Below the pieces are notes generated by a model. That model saw nothing but the letters and a program-made list of their open reading frames with translations. It had not been told where the DNA came from and ran no database searches. Below are positions 53,585 to 64,000 of a DNA stretch of 64,000 nucleotides, one piece after another. The position numbers were made by a program, and so were the translations under genes. Each line of letters opens with the position of its first letter. Position 1 is the first letter of the stretch. The DNA is taken from contig NC_043011.1 in NCBI RefSeq assembly GCF_006345805.1, positions 36,840,464-36,904,463 of the forward strand. The letters run 5' to 3'. Source of the stretch: Octopus sinensis (lineage: Eukaryota).

Positions 53585-54504
53585 ATATATATATATATAT
53601 TAGAAAAATTGAGGTAATCAGATCAGATGGTTCATATTTGTAGATATTTATTTATATATTACATTTTTTACATATATATCATATCATTCGGATTAGCGCT
53701 TGCTAATATATATATATATATATATATTATATACATATACCTATATCGATACACATTGATAGGTAGATTTCTATCTATTTGTGTGTGTGTGTGTGTCTGT
53801 GTGTGTGTTTGTTTGCCTGTGTGTGTGTTTATTTCTCAGCGTCGTTTTCGTGTCCACTACTAGTTACCTGTTGAGCATTCGTTTCTGAAGTTGGCCGAGA
53901 ATAGGACGCTAATGAGCAGAAAGCGTTGCAAAATAGCAATATCGTCTGTCCTTGTTCAATTCCAGGTCAATTTCGTTTCGTCTAACCTTGAAGTATACTG
54001 TTTCTATTTTGACTCTATAAGTTTTTAAAGGGTCGCCTTTAGACAAAGTAACGCAGCTGCAATCCTTTGTCGACAATCATATTATGTAATAATGGCTTCA
54101 AATTTTGGCACAAGGCCAGCAGTTTTGGTGCACAGCCTAAGTCGAATATATTGACCCTGGTTGTTAACTGGTACTTATTTTATCAACACCGAAAAGAGAA
54201 TGCCGACTTAGGCAGGATTTGAACTTAGATGGATGAAATGTTACAAAACATTTTATACGGCGTGCTAACGACCTTACAATTCGCCCTCTTACATTCGCTA
54301 TGTAATATCGATAATGAATATATCTATACGTAAGAGATGGGTAAGTAAACAAGATAGAATAAATACAAAAGCAGATATAGAGACAAAGGCAATGGAAAAG
54401 GGAATATAGCAGACATTTTGCTCTATAGTCTTACATTATTGAAATGACTTTCTGACGGGACTGACACGCACACATACGCCATCACACATATGTATATTTA
54501 TATA

Positions 54505-54687
54505 ACGGGAAGCTTTATGAAAATAGACTAAAGACGAAGGCAGGTTTACGGAAATAAGCAAAAGACGAAGGCAGGTGGAATACAAACAAACAATTGTATT
54601 AGTATGGCGCTCAGGAAATATAAATAAAACAAGTCTTTAACGTTTCGAGCCTATTTATATATGTACACACACACTCTCTCTCTCACA

Positions 54688-54739
<52 letters not shown>

Positions 54740-54900
54740 ATATAATATAAGTAGTTGAAATTTAAAGAAAACAAAAGACGAAGAGAGGTGTATGAACAAG
54801 GAAGTGTTTTAATTTTGACGCTCGGAATACGAAAAAGTCTTCACCAGAAAGGCAAAAGAGAAAACAAGCAGAGAGAATGGAAATACCTGTAGATTTAGCA
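54505..54900 (-). mobile_element. Two PLE terminal-repeat fragments (family of 15040 and 23500)
   Basis: AAAGACGAAGGCAGG..TATTAGTATGGCGCTCAGG..GTCTTTAACGTTTCGAGCCTA (3' half of the hammerhead at 54635-54654). Confidence 0.65.
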
Positions 54901-55047
54901 GTCAAGCACGTGTGCGTGTGTGTGGTGTGTGTTTGTGTAATTGAGGGAATGAAGCAAGCAAAAACCCCAAGGTATAAGTGTTTTCTGGCTAGTGCATCCT
55001 CGGATGTAATACTTACTCGGCAAGGGGATCTCCATTGGTTACACATC

Positions 55048-55350
55048 AGGCGAGCTGGCAGAAACGTTAGCGCGCCGGGCGAAATGCTTAGCGGTATTTC
55101 GTCTGCCGTTACGTAAGGCGGCGAGCTGGCAGAAACGTTAGCGCGCCGGGCGAAATGCTTAGCGGTATTTCGTCTGCCGTTACGTTGTGAGTTCAAATTC
55201 CGCTGGGGTCGACTTTGCCTTTCATCCTTTCGGGGTCGATAAATTAAGTACCAGTTACGCACTAGGGTCGATGTAATCGACTTAATACCTATGTCTGTCA
55301 TTGTTTGTCCCCTCTATGTTTAGCCCCTTGTGGGTAATAAAGAAATAGGT
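55048..55350 (+). mobile_element. Young SINE B with duplicated head and 15-bp TSD
   Basis: GGTTACACATCAGGC at 55037-55051 and 55348-55362. Confidence 0.92.
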
Positions 55351-55529
55351 TACACATCAGGCCGAATATACCTTAGTTAGATGAAAGTTACATCATCGTT
55401 AAGGAGTTCCAAGTTAACTCGCCGCGTATATACACATATATGCATATAGACCCTGCCTCACACAACTCCCACAGCACTATGACTGGGTTCTGAAGCAGCT
55501 GATTGACCATTGAGATGTCATCGTGATAC

Positions 55530-56880
55530 ACCATGATTCTGCAAGGGCATTTGAGAAGGTAGATCACGACATGGCAAGACCTTGGTGTTGCTGCTAAACT
55601 GGGATAGTGGATACATGACTTCCTTAAAGACAGAAGTCAGGCAGTTACAGCCAATGATGCCCTTTCTGAGGAAAATCAAATTTTAAGTGGCGTCCCCTAG
55701 AGAATTGTTCTGAAGTCATTACTGTTCATAACAAGCTCTCTTAAACATACCCACGGTCACTCGGATAGCCACTGTCCCTAGCTATGTCGATGATACAAAA
55801 TTATCACAGGCAATACAAAATCAAGATGACGTCTCAAGCTTACAGTGGGATCTAAATTCGATATACAAGTGAGCCGAAGCAAACAACATGCAGTTTAATA
55901 CTGGAAAATTTCAAGCACTACTCTATCAACTCACAAATGCACTACAGCCTGCATGTACAGGACCCGAAGGCATTGCAATCTGAGAGTCACAGGCAGTGAA
56001 AGACCTGGAGATAAGTGTGTGCAATGATGCATCATTTTATATGCACATTACCAATATGGCAGCAAAGTGTAGACAATTGGCAGGATGGATACTAAGGTCC
56101 TTCAAGGCTAGAGACAAAGAAACAATACTGACCTTACGGAGAAACTTTGTTCTCAGCCGCCTGAATTACTGATCTCTTTTATAGTCAACACATAGTGCCA
56201 AACTAATAGCGGAGCTTGAAGCAATCCAACGCCACTACACTAAAAAAATTGAAAACTGCAACTTTACTTCCTGGAGTAAAGACTCGGCAGATATTTAATA
56301 ACGCTAGAAGGGCTAATACTAATTTTGGCATTGAGTGTTACACAAATGCCAGAACCATCCACTCCATCAGAATTCAGGACAATGTATTGCAATAGTCTAG
56401 GGGTGGAGGCACGTGGCCTAGTGGTTAGAGCAGCGGTCGAGGGATCGCGGGTTCCATCTGTGTGTTTATGAGCGAAACACCCAAGCTCCACGTGGTTCCG
56501 GCAGCAGGTAATAGCGAAATTTCTGCTGACTCTTTCGCCCCAAATTTCTCTCACGCTTTCCTCCTGCATCTTGCAGCTCACCTGCGATGGACCGGCGTCC
56601 CGTCCAGGTGAGGACCTATACGCCAAGAAATCGGGAAACCGGCCCTTATGAGCCAAGCATGGCTCGAGAAGGAACAAACAACAATAGTCTAGGGCTCAAT
56701 AGCCCACAGCTCTTCAATGCCCTGCTATGAAAATGAAGAAATTTGCATAAAATGGAAGTACATGTCTTCGAAAAGGAACTAGACGTCCTCCTCGCCACGC
56801 TACCGGGTGAACCAACAGTGTAACACTCAATGAATTGTGGTACAGAAGAGGACAGCGGAATCAAACTCTCTTATACCGCA
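55530..56880 (+). pseudogene. CR1-clade LINE RT and C-terminal fragment
   Basis: D.ARAFEKVDH, WIHDFLKDRSQAV, SGVP*, YVDDTKL, NNMQFNTGKFQ, ELEAIQRHYTKKI, with many stops. Confidence 0.88.
56403..56681 (+). mobile_element. tRNA-derived SINE nested in the CR1 fragment, 13-bp TSD
   Basis: CAATAGTCTAGGG at 56390-56402 and 56682-56694. Contains CCTGCGATGGACCGGCGTCCCGTCCAGG, which is V-SINE-like from memory. Confidence 0.9.
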
Positions 56881-57031
56881 ATTCGGCCAACTGCTGGGAC
56901 TAAGGTACATACAGCAGTGGTGATGTGAAACACCTCAGATTTAGGAAATCAGAAAGACCACGGTGGTGCTGCTCCAGCATGACCCCAGCCGCATGGCTGA
57001 AACGAGTAAAACAATAAAAGAGAAAAAGGGA

Positions 57032-57113
<82 letters not shown>

Positions 57114-57273
57114 AAGATATATATATATATATATATATACATATATAAATGTGTGTATGTATGTATATACGTATGTATGTATATATATATGTATGTATGC
57201 ATGCATGCATGTATGTATGTATGTATGTATGTATGTATGTATGTATGTATGTATGTATGTATGTATGTATGTA

Positions 57274-58483
57274 TTGGGTTGGCAACTAAGCTCCCGCCGT
57301 TCTTTAAAATAAATTTTTTTTAAAAGGTTTAATAAAAAATAACAACTAATTAATCAATAATGTATTCACCCTTGTTGTTTACAACTTCTTCTCAACGTTC
57401 AACAAGATTTTCAATACCTCGTTGTTAGAAATCACTCGATTTCGACTCTAAAAATTGATCCAACCAAGCTCTCAATTCTGCATCAGTATTGAACGAAGCT
57501 CCGCGCATAACATTTGAAAGAGATCGTAAGATGTGGAAATCCGTTGGTGCCAAATCAGAAGAGTTCGACGGGAGTAGCAGCACTTCCTAGCCATACGTTT
57601 GAATGGGTTCCTTGGTCATATTGGCGATATGAGGGCGGGCTTTGTTGTGCAGCAGAAGAACTCCATGCTGCCGATTAGGTCTTTTCTCTTAAATAGCCGT
57701 GTTGAGTCGTTCCATCTGTTGAACATAGAGCTCCGCGTTGACCATTTGGTTCCGTTCAAGCAATTCGTAATGGATAATCCATTCCCAGACCCACCATATG
57801 CACAACATCGTTTTATGCAGATGAAGATCTTGTTTCACGCGTAGTGTCTCTTCTTTACCGGGGCTAAGCCATTCATTACGCTGCTTTATATTGACGTACA
57901 GGCACCATTTTCCATCGCCAGTAACCATTCGGTAAATAAATCTTTGCTTGTGTCCATGAGTTGAGCGGGGACGAGCAAGCAAACCAGCGGAGATTGTGGC
58001 TGGTTGATTTTTGTTGTTGTCACTTAAAGCATGCGGAACCGATGCTCCATACTTCTGAAACTTTCCCATCGAGTGAAGATGCATCTCTATAGCAGTGTGC
58101 AAGCATTCCATTTTCTCTGCCATTGCATTTTGGTGCAAAAGTTGCTTTAATCGGTCTTCATCGAATTCGACTGGACGGCCAGAATTAGGTGCATCTTTGA
58201 GGTCGAAATTTCCATTTTTGAACTAGGCATACCAATTACGAGCGGTTCTTTTAGCTATGGCACCCTCTCTCTACACAGTAAAAATGTCGCGAGCAGCTTT
58301 TGTGGCCTTAGAACTTTGATTAAAAGCAAAAAGAAGGTGTCGAAAACGCTCGTTTTTCTTAATTTGATATTCCATTTTAATGATCTGAAAATAAACAAAC
58401 ATGAATAAAAATTAACTAGAAGGAAATAAAACAAAATAGATCCCCCCCCAAAAAAAAAACGCGGCAACTTAGTTGCCACCTAA
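57274..58483 (-). mobile_element. Near full-length mariner element (1.21 kb)
   Basis: TIRs TTGGGTTGGCAACTAAG / CTTAGTTGCCACCTAA with TA flanks. Confidence 0.95.
57350..58375 (-). pseudogene. Mariner transposase, frameshifted
   Basis: MEYQIKKNERFRHL, MVTGDGKWCLY, WLSPGK, KTMLCIWW, DLAPTDFHILRSLSN, NNKGEYIID*. Confidence 0.93.
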
Positions 58484-58691
58484 TATATATATATATATAT
58501 ATATAATATATATATATATATATTACGGAGATGTACTTGCATAGCAAGTGATTTGATCTGAGATCGTGTGCTGAAACGAAAGCAATTTGTAAGCCATTCA
58601 AGAAACATATATATATATATATATATATAGATATATAGATATATACGTACATGTATATATATATATATATATATATAGATAGATATATACG

Positions 58692-58734
<43 letters not shown>

Positions 58735-58817
58735 GCACACAGAGTTATATTTGTATGTATGTAAGTGTGTATGTATGTACTTATCTATGATAGGATGTGT
58801 ATGTATGTATGCATGCA

Positions 58818-59530
58818 TGTCATTATTCCGTTTCATTCCCAGATTTCTTGCCAATAGTGAAACAGCCGGTTTCTAACCTTGACCCAAGGCTCCTTCACTG
58901 GAATTTCACCAACATCATCAGAGTATTTTTGTTTGTATGTATGTACATTTTCATATTTGAATGTTTTGCTTTATGTATGTCTTCTCATGCATATAGTCGT
59001 ATATTTAGACAAGCTCATGTATACTTAAATAGTAAATGTCTGGAAAATTTTACAGATCAGATTTTTACAGTTCCCGTGATGCTTTGGATCTGCAGTCTTC
59101 GAATCAGCTTCCTCCTTTCTAGTTTTCAGAAGCCTAATTTCTCAAGATTTGTATTTAGACAGTGTGTTACATATCCCAGTTCCCCCCCTGTTATTACAGG
59201 TATAAACCTGGACGTGTAATCTGGATAGTGTAACTGTAGATTTCTCAATAGCTGAGCGTAGGTATTCTCTTTTTCACTAATCTTCAGCTTTATAACAATA
59301 TCCGCTGGGCAGCTGATTTCCGCAACTGTACGCAGTTTCTCTTTATCATTATATCAGGTCTATTGTGTTTACAACTTATTGAAGTTTTCAATGGAACGTT
59401 GTACCAGGACTCCCCTTTATTATCAGTGGCTATGGCTTCTATCATACTGTGAGTTCTTATTTCTTTGTCCTCGAGATTTATTCTTCCGATAGATTTCATT
59501 ATATTGATCATATGTTTTAGCGTTATCAAT
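58818..59530 (-). mobile_element. 3' fragment of a second RLE-clade LINE family ending in (ACAT)n
   Basis: WYNVPLKTSISCKHNRPDIMI, KISEKENTYAQLLRNLQLHYPDY, IQSITGTVKI, then a 3' UTR abutting an ATAC/ATGC repeat. Confidence 0.82.
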
Positions 59531-60851
59531 AGGACGAAAGCTCTTGTCCTTGGAAATGTACAGTGTCAAAAAGAATCGTGGAAAGAAGTAAGACGAAAAC
59601 TGGCTCGAAAAGAATCGTTGAAGAAAGAAAGATGAAAACTGGCTCAAAAGCTTGCAGCGGAATGGAAGCTATATTTCTTCAGCGAGCGATTTAGAAAACG
59701 ATAGATGGTACGAAACAAAATAATGTATTAACTATTTTCAGCTGAAAATGCACCCTGATGCAATATGAACTCCATACGCAATAATCAGTACACAGTGCAG
59801 GGCTTCACAACCGATTTATTACAGTTTCGTGCCATCATCATTGACATCATGATCGTCACCATCAGTATTCTCCTTTTTATTCTCGTCGTCATCAACCACT
59901 TATCCTCTTACTCTTCCCCTCGGCTACCCCGTCTTCCTCATCATCGTTATCATTCTCAACGTATTAAGGATGTCGAGCCAAAGTTGGCCCCGGCGGGTTC
60001 TGAAATTTGATCGCAGGCACTCAGGATTCAAAGCTGAAACGAATCACCATGTATGAAACATAATTTTGTTGACTTAACTTTGATTAAAGTATATCTTTTC
60101 GATTAATTACAAATTTTCGAAAAAGAAAATTCTATATTTCGTTATGTAAACTTGCTAATTACTTGTTTAAAGTCATTAAAACTAATAACAACTTTGCTAA
60201 AACATGAAATAAAAGAAAAAAACAATTTGAAAAGATAATAAAAAATTAAATACAATTTACTGAGGGATGGCATATTTTGAACATCATTTTATTATTTAGT
60301 TTTCATTTCATACTTTTAATTACTTTTGCAATTTATAATTGCTTATGTATTTATAATTACAAGTATAAAGCATTAAGTTTAGTAGTTGAAGCTATTTTCT
60401 TTTTCAAAGGTAAATTTTCATCAGGAAAAGTTTTGCCAACTCTGATGACTGTTACCTCCAATGTGGTCTTCCAAAGTAAAATCATCCCCACCTCAGTTAT
60501 TGATTGTTACATTATAATTTAGCGATTTAAGAGTCCATAATAGTTGTAATTAAACAGAAAAGTTTTGTTTCTCAGCAGCAGGCCATTTACATCAAACTGC
60601 AGCTTTCGCTCCCCACACACATAAATATTTGTATATGTACATACATAGTTTTACTACCTATAGTAAGAGAGTATTTTTCATGTGTGCGTGTGTATGTGTG
60701 TGTGTGTGTGTAGATCGGTGTGTGTGTTTGTATATCCGAAAAAGGAAGCGTGATCTATAACATTAAGTTAAGTTTCGGCTGCAGTTGGCCCAGGCCACGT
60801 CTAATTGAACAGTACCATCTGGAAGAAATACACAGTTAGCTCTTGACCACC

Positions 60852-61200
60852 ATAGTCCATTCCAACAGAGAGTTGTTTTCAGGGACATATCCGGTTGTGA
60901 GTGGTTTGTCTGTTATTTGTCGGAGTTAATCATCTAGGGACCGTTGGAATACCTTGAAATCACTCTCCTCCATTACGTGCGCTGGCACGATGTTGAAGGG
61001 AGCAGATTCAATTAAGGTGAAAGACTTCTGCCGTAGTGCTGTGATGCGACATGAACAATATTTCTGTAGTGGACGGATGACACGGGAACCAAGCCTCGGA
61101 TGAATTTTAAAAATGGCACCTATCATTTGTCATTGTGGATGGAATATTTTCCACATCATACAGATGGTATAGCGCTCACGGCTGCACTGGAGGGAGTAAA
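60852..61200 (-). pseudogene. CR1-clade LINE C-terminal fragment
   Basis: RERYTICMMWKI..HPRLG..FQRSLDD*LRQITDKP..GY..NSLLEW. Confidence 0.75.
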
Positions 61201-61849
61201 ACCTGGGCTTTTTCAGTCGATCTCAATCACAGTAGTAATATTTAGAAGGTTGTTTGTTATGGCCGGTCAGAGGATTATCTTTGGTTTCGAATCTATGATC
61301 GACCGACCCCCTCCCCCAAAATCTCGGACCTTGTGCCTAGAGTAGAAAAGAAAAGAATACTAAATATCCATGACCAAAGCAACAGAATGTTTAAAATCAG
61401 AGTACATCACATTTTTGCGGAACTGGCATACTGCGCATACATACAAACATACATACATACATACATACATACATACATACATACATACATGCATGCATGC
61501 ATACATGCATACATACATACATACATACATACATACATACATACATACATACATACATAAATACATGCATGCATGCATACATACATACATATGTATGATG
61601 TGTATGTGTGTGACTGTGTGTGTGCATGTCTTTCTATTTGTCCACCATCACCACTTGACAAACGGTGTTGGTGTGTTTATATTCCCATAACTTAGTGGTA
61701 CGGCAAAGACACCCACAGAATAAGTGCTAGGCTTACAAAAAGTACTAGGGTCGATTTATTCATCTAAAACCCCTTCAAGGCGGTGCCCGAGCATGGCCGC
61801 GCTCAAGTAACTGAAACAAGTACAAGATAGAAGATATAAGACATTCGTA

Positions 61850-61895
<46 letters not shown>

Positions 61896-62010
61896 TGTCT
61901 GTCTGTGTGTTTTATGTACGTATATATGTATATATACATACATATATATATATATATGTATGTCCATAAGTGTACATATATACATGTATACATATGCATA
62001 TGTATATAGA

Positions 62011-62571
62011 CACAGATCTGCAGAAAGTAAATAGGCGCCTTTAATTTTCAAAATCTTTTATTTGATATTAATTAGTTGAAGGAGAGGTTTTCTTCTAGCT
62101 GATCATCCACAATACCCAAGCTTATGCAGATATGTAACAGACGTTCTTGGACTAACTTCTAGATGTTTTGCAATGTCAGAAGCCTTGGAACGGGGTTCGT
62201 TTTCCCCAATTCTCTTCAAACAGTGAAACTTCCTTTCCCAGAGTCCAGGTCAGCCGGGACGAGAATTTGTTGATTCTTCTCCTTGGCTTTTGAATTGCAC
62301 TATAATTCTATTAACAGTACCAAGAGGAATTTGAAGATTTTCGGCAATTTTTCGCTGGCTAAGACCAGCCTTAGATTGCCTAACAATGCGCCCTGTTTCA
62401 AAATCTGACAGTTCTGCGGAATATTTTTTTGTGTGGCATGGTTACTCTTCGCAAATAATTGCAGCTGGAATGAAAAAAAAAAATTACATTGTAAATTCTA
62501 CACCGCTGAATGACGCTTAGGTCAGAAATTTTGAAAATTAAAGATGTCTATTTACTTCCTGCATCTCTGTG
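62011..62571 (-). mobile_element. Internally deleted Tc1-like element
   Basis: About 45-bp TIRs (CACAGA..GCAG.AAGTAAATAG..CTTTAATTTTCAAAAT). Remnant [40 protein letters not shown] (paired HTH domain); DDE domain lost. Confidence 0.9.
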
Positions 62572-62575
62572 TATA

Positions 62576-62646
<71 letters not shown>

Positions 62647-62671
62647 ATATATATATATGTGCATATATATG

Positions 62672-62706
<35 letters not shown>

Positions 62707-62739
62707 ACATATATATATGTGCGTATACAAAAAATAAAT

Positions 62740-62985
62740 GCGCCCTTTTAATGCCTAGCCAGACTCATGGTCACGGTTTTCCGGTTTCTATGGCGTATGT
62801 GTTCCCCAGTTTGACGGGACGCCAGTCCATAGCAGCGTTAATCATTTTTGCCAGTTGAGTGGACTGGAGCAACGTGAAATGAAGTGCTTTGCTCAAGAAC
62901 ACAACGCGTCGCCCTGTCTAGGAACCGAAGCCACAATCTTACGATCATGATGCTGACAATCCTAACCACTAAGCCACGCGCCTCC
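62740..62985 (-). mobile_element. tRNA-derived SINE (D-type body, V-like tail)
   Basis: GGAGGCGCGTGGCTTAGTGGTTAGG head, ATGGACTGGCGTCCCGTC tail. Confidence 0.87.
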
Positions 62986-63089
62986 ACATATATGTCCGTA
63001 TGTTTGTGTATATATGCGTATTGTAATACAATATAATACATATGCATGAGTGTCTCACCGCATAATCAAATATATTTCATATTTCCTTA

Positions 63090-63370
63090 GTAGGTTATGA
63101 TATAACATAATTTTAGAAGAATTTCGGCAGTATTAATATCCTAACTTAAATAATTTGATACTGAAAATCACGATCGAAGATTTTAATGCAAATATGAGCA
63201 CTTTGATACAAATACTAAAGAGATATTAGACTTTGTAAGCACACATTTGAGACAGAACAAATAAAACTACTGAAACAGCATTGCATTTAATTCAGTCTCA
63301 ATTGAAAACAGGCCGTTGCGATTGAAATAGCCCAAACCGGTCTCAGACGGATTCGTATCAAAAAGGTTAA
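63090..63370. mobile_element. Possible degenerate DNA-transposon end
   Basis: Terminus GTATCAAAAAGG-TTAA, with a similar AAGGGG-TTAA near 63510. No partner TIR found. Confidence 0.3.
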
Positions 63371-63890
63371 AATCTTTAAACTCTACTAAATTTGTACCAC
63401 CATTGTATTGACAGTCGAACAAAAGCTATGAGAAATATTATAAATTTAATCTATAAATTGCAATTCAAACACTCTTTGATTTACACAGTGCTTTTGAGAC
63501 AAGGGGTTAAACTTCATATGTTTAGTGCGTTTTACTTAAAGTATCTTGATTTATAATGCAGTTATAGAAGTGTTAGAGTTGAACAGATGCAATTACAATT
63601 TCAATTCTTGCATCGCATTTTAATCTCTTATGCAGTACTGTACCTTTATACCTAATAGAAATTTCCATAGTTCATTGAAATTCATCAGAAACAGCTGTGT
63701 GGCAGCACTATTAACGGTTAGAAAGTGCCCTAAACTCGTGTTCTTTTTGAGACTGAAAACAGCCCAACTTAAATATATCTATCGTCAACAGTATTCCAAG
63801 CAAGACCATTCCATAATTTTCTTTGACTAAAATGTTTTTTTTCCAAGAGAGTAGCATGTCATGTCATATCTATCTACATATTTCTGTCTG

Positions 63891-63974
<84 letters not shown>

Positions 63975-64000
63975 CATATGTGCGTGTGTTTGTGTGTGTG

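Overview
AT-rich, microsatellite-saturated eukaryotic non-coding DNA. The repeat families resemble those of octopus (coleoid cephalopod) genomes; this is an inference from recalled repeat sequences, not a database result. No intact host gene is recognisable, and most ORFs in the track are translations of (AT)n, (ATAC)n, (ATCT)n, (AAT)n and (GAT)n. Recognisable content includes a young 5'-truncated Dong/R4-type RLE LINE in an (AAT)n tract, older RLE and CR1-type LINE fragments, and two Penelope-like (GIY-YIG) fragments. There are also a full-length dead mariner, deleted mariner/Tc1 copies, a Helitron-like element, a hAT-like MITE, and over 25 tRNA-derived SINE copies from several families. The main unexplained signal is about 17 minimal type-I hammerhead-ribozyme motifs (stem I-CUGANGA-stem II-GAA-palindromic stem III-UH) from several dissimilar families. 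Most lie in non-coding units next to (AT)n tracts, four occur as fold-back inverted pairs, and two units look circularly permuted (about 465 and 520 nt). This suggests a diverse Penelope-mobilised retrozyme-like population. All folds were read by eye, and most copies carry core mutations.
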